DNA of 64,000 nucleotides from an uncultured Candidatus Saccharibacteria bacterium (lineage in GTDB: Bacteria > Patescibacteriota > Saccharimonadia > Saccharimonadales > AWTP1-31). The stretch lies in the NCBI GenBank assembly GCA_964641545.1, contig CAZXLT010000001.1:20094-84093 (forward strand). Direction: 5' to 3'. Below the pieces are notes generated by a model. That model was not told the origin of the DNA and made no database searches. It saw only the letters and a list, made by a program, of their open reading frames with translations. Within the stretch, counting starts at the first letter, position 1. Each line of letters starts with the position of its first letter. Of this stretch, positions 41,207-47,737 are shown piece by piece. A program made the translations under genes and the position numbers.

Positions 41207-41818
41207 TTAAAACGTTACAAGTGATACTCGTGGCACACGACCTGTGTAGCAAACAGAGTGCCTCGTAGCGTGTTCTGCCCCAACTAATTTTGCTCCTCGC
41301 CACACTAAACAGTAGCCTTCTGGCGCCCCTGGTATGTTCATAAAACCTGAAGGTCTATTAATTCTTAGCCCAGGATGGGATGCACCATGCCATATTGTAA
41401 GATCGTTCATTGCGTCAATATGCCCTAGATTACCCCCTCTAGTTCTATTTGATAAATTGACTAGTGTAACGTTAGCGTTTGACCATGTTTTACTGTTGTC
41501 TATAAGCCCAAGACAGTGAGCCAGTATTTCATCGCCTACGGCATGGATTTTTTCAATTTCAGTAATCCCTATGTGACTCATAAATCCACTGGAGGTTATT
41601 TCATGAAAGCCAGGATGGTACTGTTGCATATTTGTGCCTATTGGTTCACCTCCAGACAGTTTGTATCCGTCATACGTCCAGAGCACTCCTCTGTTCCTGA
41701 GGTTTTCTCCTCGGATTTCGTCTGCACAATCAATGATCTTGCGCAGGAATGAACTTGCATCGTAGCCAGTTTCTATCAGTACCACACCTTCATGCACATC
41801 AATCAGTCTGTCTGCCAA
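41207..41818 (-). CDS. 2OG-Fe(II) oxygenase-like protein
   Basis: HxD (GHID), LTI...PGL, distal His (TRHSV), RxS (RVS); start codon uncertain. Confidence 0.6.
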   Translation of the reverse strand: MADRLIDVHEGVVLIETGYDASSFLRKIIDCADEIRGENLRNRGVLWTYDGYKLSGGEPIGTNMQQYHPGFHEITSSGFMSHIGITEIEKIHAVGDEILAHCLGLIDNSKTWSNANVTLVNLSNRTRGGNLGHIDAMNDLTIWHGASHPGLRINRPSGFMNIPGAPEGYCLVWRGAKLVGAEHATRHSVCYTGRVPRVSLVTF

Positions 41819-41885
41819 TGCTTCAGGACTAGTTAATAGTTCAGGATGAGGGAAATCAGATAATGTAATATATCAATTTTATCTT

Positions 41886-41921
41886 AAAAACAAATATTCA
41901 GTAACTAGAGTTACTGAATAT
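41886..41921 (-). terminator. Terminator hairpin beside junction E
   Basis: ATATTCAGTAAC-taga-GTTACTGAATAT with T-rich run on the minus strand. Confidence 0.8.
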
Positions 41922-41940
41922 GACTTTTTCTGTTCCAGTT

Positions 41941-41969
41941 TGGCTCCTGTTGGTGATGGGAGATAGAAC
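41941..41969 (-). repeat. Cassette junction E (TGGCTC-N15-GATAGAAC)
   Basis: tggctc ctgttggtgatggga gatagaac; 26/31 identical to junction D. Confidence 0.8.
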
Positions 41970-41989
41970 TATGATTAAGCAAAAAGGGT

Positions 41990-42523
41990 TTATGCTCCTA
42001 AAAGGGTTGTTAACTTTCGCACAGTATTACAGTTCCGTATCGTTACTTTTTTATATAGTGGCGTCCCAATAATTTTTGCCAAACCACTTCGGGTTACATC
42101 CTTGCGTTCAATAGACCAAAATATAGCTCCACTAACATACTTTACACGGTCAATATCCGGCTTGATTGTCAGGCTGTCTATTACATCAAGGGAGTCTACT
42201 TCTTTCCATAAAAACAAACAGTCGCACCTCATTTCAGTATCGTTACGCCAGTTTTTAGGCAAGTCATTTGCGATACGCTGAAAGTTGGCACTGGATAAAG
42301 TTAGCACGTAAACATCGAACCCAAATGCACGTTTGATGGTTGCTTCAACCAAGTCATTCACTTCACTCGTTGATAAGCTGCTAGACAGTATGACGTTGCC
42401 AGAGTTTATGTAAGTGTAAACTTTAGTGAAACCACTTTTCTCTAGTGACAGCTTCAAGTCTTTCATACTGACTTTATTGTTGCCGCCCACGTTTATTCCA
42501 CGCAATAAGACTACATATTTCAC
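41990..42523 (-). CDS. DUF1697 domain protein (cassette cargo)
   Basis: YVVLLRGINVGG.NKV.M, TYINSGNV, TIRN.NTV.KL. Confidence 0.9.
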   Translation of the reverse strand: MKYVVLLRGINVGGNNKVSMKDLKLSLEKSGFTKVYTYINSGNVILSSSLSTSEVNDLVEATIKRAFGFDVYVLTLSSANFQRIANDLPKNWRNDTEMRCDCLFLWKEVDSLDVIDSLTIKPDIDRVKYVSGAIFWSIERKDVTRSGLAKIIGTPLYKKVTIRNCNTVRKLTTLLGA

Positions 42524-42544
42524 AATTATATCTTACCCCATAAT

Positions 42545-42571
42545 AAAAAACAGAGGCACTTTACCTCTGTT
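42545..42571 (-). terminator. Terminator hairpin beside junction D
   Basis: AACAGAGG-cacttta-CCTCTGTT with A6 on the + strand (U-tract on -). Confidence 0.75.
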
Positions 42572-42588
42572 ATTTTTGGTTCTAACCT

Positions 42589-42617
42589 TGGCTCTCTTTG
42601 GTGATGGAAGTTAGAAC
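42589..42617 (-). repeat. Cassette junction D (TGGCTC-N15-GTTAGAAC)
   Basis: tggctc tctttggtgatggaa gttagaac. Confidence 0.8.
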
Positions 42618-42637
42618 TATTTGCTACACAACTTTTG

Positions 42638-43126
42638 CTAACCAATAGACCTGAAAGTTGCGTCCGGATGTTCAAAAACCCAACCGAGCAAAACGCTTGC
42701 CATTTTAGCAATATTTCCGTCGGTTGGTTCCCAGTAATTATCGTTTGGCTCTTCGGGAGTAAGTCTTGCAACAAGCTCTAAGAGTAGGGCCGCCCCTTCA
42801 CTAGCCACTTTCTGGTCAAGGTCGCGCAATCCACTGCAGGTGAGTTCCGCAATTCGTTTCGTGTAATTAGTGGTTATTGTAACCCCGGCTTCCATTCTAC
42901 CATCGTCTGTAATTTGGGGTGGTAACGTTGTAGTGGTGGGCTCTAGGCCTTCCTCTGCTTCCGGCATTGGCTCATATAATTCTTCATAAACTGCTTTTGC
43001 TACTGGCTCAATCGGCAGTTCAGAGCCTCCTTCAAAAGGCTCAACAACTGCTAATTCAAAGTCACCTTCTGCCAAGCTTTCTCCTACAGTGGCAGTTGAA
43101 TATCCGAGTTGAATACTGTAACCCAT
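42638..43126 (-). CDS. Acidic hypothetical protein (cassette cargo; start at MGYSIQ)
   Basis: ATG at 43126 lies 7 nt after a TTGACT-N17-TATTTT promoter; the longer ORF-track extension crosses a hairpin and the tRNA-derived element. Confidence 0.7.
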   Translation of the reverse strand: MGYSIQLGYSTATVGESLAEGDFELAVVEPFEGGSELPIEPVAKAVYEELYEPMPEAEEGLEPTTTTLPPQITDDGRMEAGVTITTNYTKRIAELTCSGLRDLDQKVASEGAALLLELVARLTPEEPNDNYWEPTDGNIAKMASVLLGWVFEHPDATFRSIG

Positions 43127-43133
43127 AAAGCAA

Positions 43134-43162
43134 AAAATACCACAAAAGTGGTATTTAGTCAA
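43134..43162 (-). promoter_or_regulatory. Sigma70-like promoter overlapping the terminator hairpin beside junction C
   Basis: Minus strand TTGACT-aaataccacttttgtgg(17)-TATTTT-7 nt-ATG with extended -10 TGn; hairpin AAATACCAC-aaaa-GTGGTATTT. Confidence 0.6.
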
Positions 43163-43165
43163 ATA

Positions 43166-43251
43166 TGGCTCCGGGGAAAGGATAAAGCACGTCTGCACTT
43201 GTGCTCGGAGCCAGCTTCTGCGCGCAAGTTTGACGACCGAACCATCGACCT
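43166..43251 (-). repeat. Duplicated 3' fragment of tRNA-Asn interrupted in the T-loop (junction C)
   Basis: 43166-43183 identical to 45838-45855 (tggctccggggaaaggat); 43238-43251 cgaaccatcgacct matches 45857-45870 at 13/14. Confidence 0.88.
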
Positions 43252-43293
43252 TCATTCGCTACGCGTCTGGGTCGAAGCCTCAAATTCCCTCCT

Positions 43294-43334
43294 AAACAGT
43301 CAAAAAGCCGCCCAAAAGGACGACTCTTTGACTG
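43294..43334 (-). terminator. Hairpin beside junction B
   Basis: CAGTCAAAAAGCCGCCC-aaaa-GGACGACTCTTTGACTG imperfect stem. Confidence 0.65.
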
Positions 43335-43361
43335 GCTCACAACTATAGAGAACGTTATAAC
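43333..43361 (-). repeat. Cassette junction B (TGGCTC-N15-GTTATAAC)
   Basis: tggctc acaactatagagaac gttataac. Confidence 0.7.
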
Positions 43362-43403
43362 CGTAATTAAGCAAGACCTGGCAGACTGCAGTAATTGATT
43401 GCT

Positions 43404-43802
43404 CTATTGATTAAGGTTATCAAGAGCAGCGTCTGAATAACTGACTGTATAGCCACCAACTTCTTTATCTAGCTGTGCTAAATCAGTATTTATCTCATTT
43501 GCTGTGGTTTGGGCACTAGTCAGAGTTTGCGTAGCTGTCTGAGGACTTGTTGTCGGGTTTGTGTTCGTCGCAACCGTATCAGAAGGCTTTTGCGAGTTGT
43601 TCGTATCTTTGTGCAAAAAGGTGAACCCAACTACAAAAATTGCTACCAACGCCACGCCCGAAAGCGTAAATGTCTTTAACCAATTGAAGTTACTTTGCTT
43701 AGCAGAGTTATTACTGATTTTTCGCATCGTTGACTTAGTAAAGTCCTTACTGGGCGCATACTGTTTTTTCGCTGACATAATTTGTTTATCCAATCTGTCC
43801 AT
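43404..43802 (-). CDS. Putative single-TM anti-sigma factor
   Basis: Overlaps ECF sigma stop; PSKDFTKSTMRKI N-terminal motif, one TM, Thr/Asn-rich extracellular tail. Confidence 0.7.
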   Translation of the reverse strand: MDRLDKQIMSAKKQYAPSKDFTKSTMRKISNNSAKQSNFNWLKTFTLSGVALVAIFVVGFTFLHKDTNNSQKPSDTVATNTNPTTSPQTATQTLTSAQTTANEINTDLAQLDKEVGGYTVSYSDAALDNLNQ

Positions 43803-44331
43803 ATAGCTCCTTTCTTATTGACTCTTTTGATCGATGTAGCCAAGTTCTTACAGTATTGACTGGGCAATCTAGAATTTCTGAAATCTCCTCGTAAGATTTT
43901 CCATTCCAGTAGTACAAGTTAATTACTTCTTGATATTCAGGCTTCAGGCTTGCTATCGCCTTTTGAATTGAAGCTGTTTGTTCGACTTTTTGTAATGAAT
44001 CTTGGGCTGACTCCGTAGTTGGTGTTTCGATCATATTAGTATCAAAAGCTGGAGCAAGCTTAGTGTTATTTTCTAAATACCTAAGTGCTAAGTTACGTGC
44101 TATCTTATATAACCAAGTCGAAAACGAGTAATTACTGTTGTAGGTTTCTAGCCTGTCAAATGCCCTAATGAATGCGTCTTGGGCTATGTCTTCAGCTTGC
44201 ATATCATCATTAAGTAAATTTACTAAGTAAATGCACAGACCCTTATGGTAGCGCTCGACAAGCTCTCCGTAAGCATTCGTATCACCCTCTAGAACCTTTG
44301 CAATGATTTCTTTTTCGTTTTCTTTAGTCAT
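43786..44331 (-). CDS. ECF RNA polymerase sigma factor (SigW-like)
   Basis: AEDIAQDAFIRA, FSTWLYKIARN, SYEEISEILDCPVNTVRTWLHR. Confidence 0.93.
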   Translation of the reverse strand: MTKENEKEIIAKVLEGDTNAYGELVERYHKGLCIYLVNLLNDDMQAEDIAQDAFIRAFDRLETYNSNYSFSTWLYKIARNLALRYLENNTKLAPAFDTNMIETPTTESAQDSLQKVEQTASIQKAIASLKPEYQEVINLYYWNGKSYEEISEILDCPVNTVRTWLHRSKESIRKELYGQIG

Positions 44332-44341
44332 ATTGTGGGGA

Positions 44342-44872
44342 TTATTGCTTCTTAAGTTGATCCCTTATCGCTTGTAAATCAGGCTTAACCGTAGAGGTGA
44401 AATATGCCTTTTTATTGTTTTGTAGTGTGCGAATATTTTGTAGCTGAGCCTTAGCATTTGCTAGGCCTTGCTTATACTGGTCTTTTTGGTCGGCGCACTG
44501 CAAGTTTTTGAGCGCACTTAAATCTGATATTACTCGATTACGAGCACTCTTTATTGCAGCAGTTTGACCCTCCCACGTTTGTAAGTCTGCTTCAGCTTTC
44601 GTTGTGTCAGCTCCAGCGGTCTTAGCCTTCGTAAGTAGTGCCTCAATCTTTGCATCATGCTTATCATAGATCGCTGTTTGCTTTGCAATCGCAGCATTTA
44701 TTTTTGTAATATGATCGTCGATCTTTGTCGTTAAGGTCGTACACTTTGCTGTCTGTGCGGCAGCTTTAGCTTCTGTGGTTGTTCCGCTTTGCGCAAAAGC
44801 AGGTACTGCTGATCCCGAAATAGCTACTACTGCTACAACTGCACCCGTTAACATTTTCAATGATTGTTTCAT
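44342..44872 (-). CDS. Secreted alpha-helical protein
   Basis: Signal peptide ending PAFA-Q, coiled-coil-like body with two Cys; first gene of the ECF operon. Confidence 0.75.
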   Translation of the reverse strand: MKQSLKMLTGAVVAVVAISGSAVPAFAQSGTTTEAKAAAQTAKCTTLTTKIDDHITKINAAIAKQTAIYDKHDAKIEALLTKAKTAGADTTKAEADLQTWEGQTAAIKSARNRVISDLSALKNLQCADQKDQYKQGLANAKAQLQNIRTLQNNKKAYFTSTVKPDLQAIRDQLKKQ

Positions 44873-44905
44873 TTATATCCTTTCACTATTTCTTTACATA
44901 CGTTA

Positions 44906-44932
44906 TATACAAAAATGTATAAAAAAGTTTCA
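44906..44932 (-). promoter_or_regulatory. Putative ECF-type promoter of the sigma operon
   Basis: Minus strand TGAAAC-N15-TGTATA, close to the SigW-type TGAAAC-N16-CGTA consensus. Confidence 0.4.
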
Positions 44933-44999
44933 GTGTTCATTTATATATTTTACGTAAGTAACTTGTATGTGGACAGTTTCAGTTCTAGTCTGGGTATAC

Positions 45000-45032
45000 A
45001 AAAAGTCAGAACCATTTTCACAGTTCTGACTT
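45000..45032 (-). terminator. Terminator hairpin beside junction A
   Basis: AAGTCAGAAC-cattttcaca-GTTCTGACTT with A-run on the + strand. Confidence 0.8.
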
Positions 45033-45046
45033 AATCTTTTACGGCT

Positions 45047-45075
45047 TGGCTCCGCTCGAGAGGATGAGTTGGAAA
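45047..45075 (-). repeat. Cassette junction A (TGGCTC-N15-GTTGGAAA)
   Basis: tggctc cgctcgagaggatga gttggaaac; first 8 nt (tggctccg) identical to the tRNA-Asn end. Confidence 0.75.
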
Positions 45076-45127
45076 CGATTAGTTTATGAATTGTTGTCGA
45101 TGAGTAGACTATATATCGATTATGATC

Positions 45128-45796
45128 CTAGTCTTTAAGAAAAATAACTTTTCTATCAATATCGAGACAAGTAACAAACTCTCGTATTGGTAGTAATTGA
45201 CAGACAGTTACACCGCCTTTTTTGTTAAATACAAAGACAGATAACTCGTCGAACGCAAAGCCAACATCTTTTAGATGCTGTGTTATTGGTGCAAAATCCA
45301 ACGTACCTTTATTCTCAAGGAATACATACATAGACCCGTTATTTTTTGCATATTGCTTGTTCTTCTCATCAATGAACTGAATGAATTTGTCGGTTAATTC
45401 TGCAGGATCCATTCTTACGCCAAATCGCTTTAGTTGGACAGGTCTATACGAAGCCATTTCGTCATCGCTACGATCCAGAACTATGACATCATATTCAGAA
45501 TTCTCCTCAATATTTTTCTTAAAAAATTCAGGTACTTCGTCGCGTTTAATAGTTGTTCCAATAGCTTCTATAAGTTCTTTTTGGCGACTATCTTTAGGTA
45601 TAAAGTACAGGTATACTTCTTTCCACCCCATAGTGACTGTAAATACACCTTGCACTACCATAGACATTATTAGCTCGTGATGCAGGGTATCATCTTTTAT
45701 TACACCAGCATCAAGATAGTTAGCGATATCTATTGGCTTAAAACAAGTTGCAGAATTGAATTTATAGGTAGACACATAAGTAGAATACCAAAACAA
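45128..45796 (-). CDS. Hypothetical protein (tRNA-proximal cassette cargo; likely GTG start at 45775)
   Basis: AT-rich ORF; TGnTATTCT extended -10 six nt before the GTG. Confidence 0.7.
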   Translation of the reverse strand: MFWYSTYVSTYKFNSATCFKPIDIANYLDAGVIKDDTLHHELIMSMVVQGVFTVTMGWKEVYLYFIPKDSRQKELIEAIGTTIKRDEVPEFFKKNIEENSEYDVIVLDRSDDEMASYRPVQLKRFGVRMDPAELTDKFIQFIDEKNKQYAKNNGSMYVFLENKGTLDFAPITQHLKDVGFAFDELSVFVFNKKGGVTVCQLLPIREFVTCLDIDRKVIFLKD

Positions 45797-45823
45797 AAAG
45801 ACTTCTCAGTACAAGAAGTCTTT
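45795..45823 (-). terminator. Terminator of tRNA-Asn
   Basis: AAAGACTTCT-cagtaca-AGAAGTCTTT with U-tract on the minus strand. Confidence 0.85.
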
Positions 45824-45837
45824 AAGCATAATCATTT

Positions 45838-45912
45838 TGGCTCCGGGGAAAGGATTCGAACCTTCGACCTAGTGGTTAACAGCCACCCGCTCTACCGCTG
45901 AGCTACCCCGGA
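45838..45912 (-). tRNA. tRNA-Asn (anticodon GTT)
   Basis: Minus strand TCCGGGG/CCCCGGA acceptor, GGTGG-CTGTTAA-CCACT, GAAGG-TTCGAAT-CCTTT, GCCA. Confidence 0.97.
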
Positions 45913-46031
45913 ATATCGCTTCGCTTTGCAGCGAAGCATTGTAATAAAAGTACTTTGCATAGTAATAAAACTAAAACGCAACCGTCGAATTATACCGAAG
46001 TAACCCCTATCAGACAAGTGGTTGCAATAAA

Positions 46032-46508
46032 CTATGAACGAACATGAGACTTAATTGCTGCATTGGCTTCTCGTGTTTGATCGCGGCGTTTTAACGTTTC
46101 GCGCTTGTCATACTGCTTCTTCCCTTTTCCGGCTGCTATTCGTAGTTTAATATACCGACCTTTTGTGATCAGTTCTAATGGAAGAATGGTTTTGCCCTGT
46201 TGCTTTTCGGCGATTAATTTATCGATCTCTTTGCGCTTTGCCAGTAACTTACGCGAACGCGTCTGGTCTGATTCAGAAATGTCTATGCCTGGCATTGCCG
46301 ATATTGTGGCGTTAATGAGCCACAATTCATTATCTTTGACCGTTACGTATGCACCACGAAGCTGACCATGATTATGGCGTAGTGCTTTTGTTTCTTGCCC
46401 TGTCAACTGAAGGCCAACCAACAGACTGTCGTCAATTGCATAGTCGTGACGCGCTCGGCGATTCTGGATGGTCTTAGGACTGGCTCGCTTCTTTTTCATA
46501 CCATCCAT
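46032..46508 (-). CDS. smpB: SsrA-binding protein
   Basis: NRRARHDY, G..L.G.E.KALR, RSRKLL, GKGKKQYDKRETLKRRD. Confidence 0.96.
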   Translation of the reverse strand: MDGMKKKRASPKTIQNRRARHDYAIDDSLLVGLQLTGQETKALRHNHGQLRGAYVTVKDNELWLINATISAMPGIDISESDQTRSRKLLAKRKEIDKLIAEKQQGKTILPLELITKGRYIKLRIAAGKGKKQYDKRETLKRRDQTREANAAIKSHVRS

Positions 46509-46520
46509 TGTACCTTAGAC

Positions 46521-47714
46521 TTAGTAGCACGTGGGGCACTGTATCTTGCGGAGTGAATCTCGAGCAGCATCCCACAGGCTGGAATCGTTAAACTTCACTT
46601 TGCGCCAATACCACATTTCTGCACCCCAAAGATCTACCTCTCGCATCCCGGTAGCCCGACCATATTCAAAGCGATCTCGGAGCCGCTCGGCATCAAGTGA
46701 CTTGTTTTGCTCGGCAATCGATATCTCGGTAATGCCCTTATCGGGGCCCCACGGCTCGGCTTGCAGTTCGTGAATTATCAGTGGCCGTCCGGTGAAAATC
46801 TCTCCCCAGCCAGCCAATGAAGCGTAAAACCAAGCCGGGAATGGATATTCATAGTATCGTTTTGTAATAGTACGGTCCCACACGCGTTTATACACAGAAA
46901 CGGCGGATTTATCTGGCCGAGGCTGACCGATAGGGATGCCCCAAGCGTTATTGCTTCGGCTGACAATTATTTCGTGTGCTGGGTCACGCAATTTAACAAA
47001 GTTAAATTCGTCAACAAGCCGGTCCCTGCTAAAGTCTGGGCACTCGCCAAAAACGCTTAAAAAGAATTCGTTCTCAAGTTGATAGCTATCGAGGCTGGGG
47101 CGGTCCTTATAGCGATCAATTACTGCACCCATAAAGGTTTTGAGTTTGGGGTACCAGATTTCTTTGGGCTGTGATTTCGCCCAATCTGGCATGTGGCACT
47201 CCGGCCAACGCGGTTGTCGCAGCCCAATAGCCAGACTCACTGTGCCGTTCACTTCTTCGATCTTGTCGAACTGCCAATCTAGTCCTGAAAAATCATATTG
47301 GCCCTGAGTTTTTTCGATATCATCCCAATAACTTACTAGCCGAAAATGCCTGAAGTTTAGGTCATGTATTAACGCGCCCAGTGTCTCTTCTGGATCGAGC
47401 TCGTAATAGCGAGCGTAACTAGGTATAAACGTTGCTCCAAACTTGAGCGGCTCGTGCGCGTGTTTAGCGATATACCATCTTGCGACTCCGTAACTTGTTG
47501 CCGTAAATCCGGTAATAAGTAGAACGAGCAGAACGATAAGCCTTTGCCACCACGACCGTTCGTGCCACCAATAACCTGGTCGAACAAAGCGTAAGTGGTG
47601 CAACAAGCGAGTTCGAAATCGTTTTTCCTTTGTCCCGTAATCTGCGTTTAACAAACGTTTCTCGGCGTTTTTCTCGGATCGGTTTAAATGTTTAAGAATA
47701 TTTTTTTGTTTCAT
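46521..47714 (-). CDS. Membrane-anchored clan GH-A glycoside hydrolase (GH42/GH5-like)
   Basis: RLVSYWDDIE..GQYDFSGLDW, acid/base QLENE, nucleophile HELQAEPW, LWGAE.W. Confidence 0.75.
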   Translation of the reverse strand: MKQKNILKHLNRSEKNAEKRLLNADYGTKEKRFRTRLLHHLRFVRPGYWWHERSWWQRLIVLLVLLITGFTATSYGVARWYIAKHAHEPLKFGATFIPSYARYYELDPEETLGALIHDLNFRHFRLVSYWDDIEKTQGQYDFSGLDWQFDKIEEVNGTVSLAIGLRQPRWPECHMPDWAKSQPKEIWYPKLKTFMGAVIDRYKDRPSLDSYQLENEFFLSVFGECPDFSRDRLVDEFNFVKLRDPAHEIIVSRSNNAWGIPIGQPRPDKSAVSVYKRVWDRTITKRYYEYPFPAWFYASLAGWGEIFTGRPLIIHELQAEPWGPDKGITEISIAEQNKSLDAERLRDRFEYGRATGMREVDLWGAEMWYWRKVKFNDSSLWDAARDSLRKIQCPTCY

Positions 47715-47737
47715 CTGCTACTATCAAAATAAGAAAA

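Larger units (their letters stand above)
41886..45837 (-). mobile_element. tRNA-Asn-anchored array of small integrase-free cassettes
   Basis: Five junctions beginning with the complement of the tRNA 3' end, each with its own hairpin; all cargo co-oriented with the tRNA; visibly AT-richer than the flanks (not computed). Confidence 0.7.

Noticed and set aside
43127-43255. N-terminal extension of ORF 42638..43255 and ORFs 43109..43348 / 43155..43340
   Set aside because: They run through the tRNA-derived element and hairpins; a promoter directly precedes ATG 43126.
41941-45075. Classical integron attC array or CRISPR array as the explanation of the junction repeats
   Set aside because: The boxes do not fit GTTRRRY/RYYYAAC with a long attC palindrome, and no intI or cas gene is in the window. 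Spacing is gene-sized and irregular, and the repeats are anchored on the tRNA 3' end.
45913-46031. tmRNA next to smpB
   Set aside because: No tRNA-Ala-like ends or tag reading frame were seen; only a small GCTTCGCT/AGCGAAGC hairpin and promoter-like sequence.
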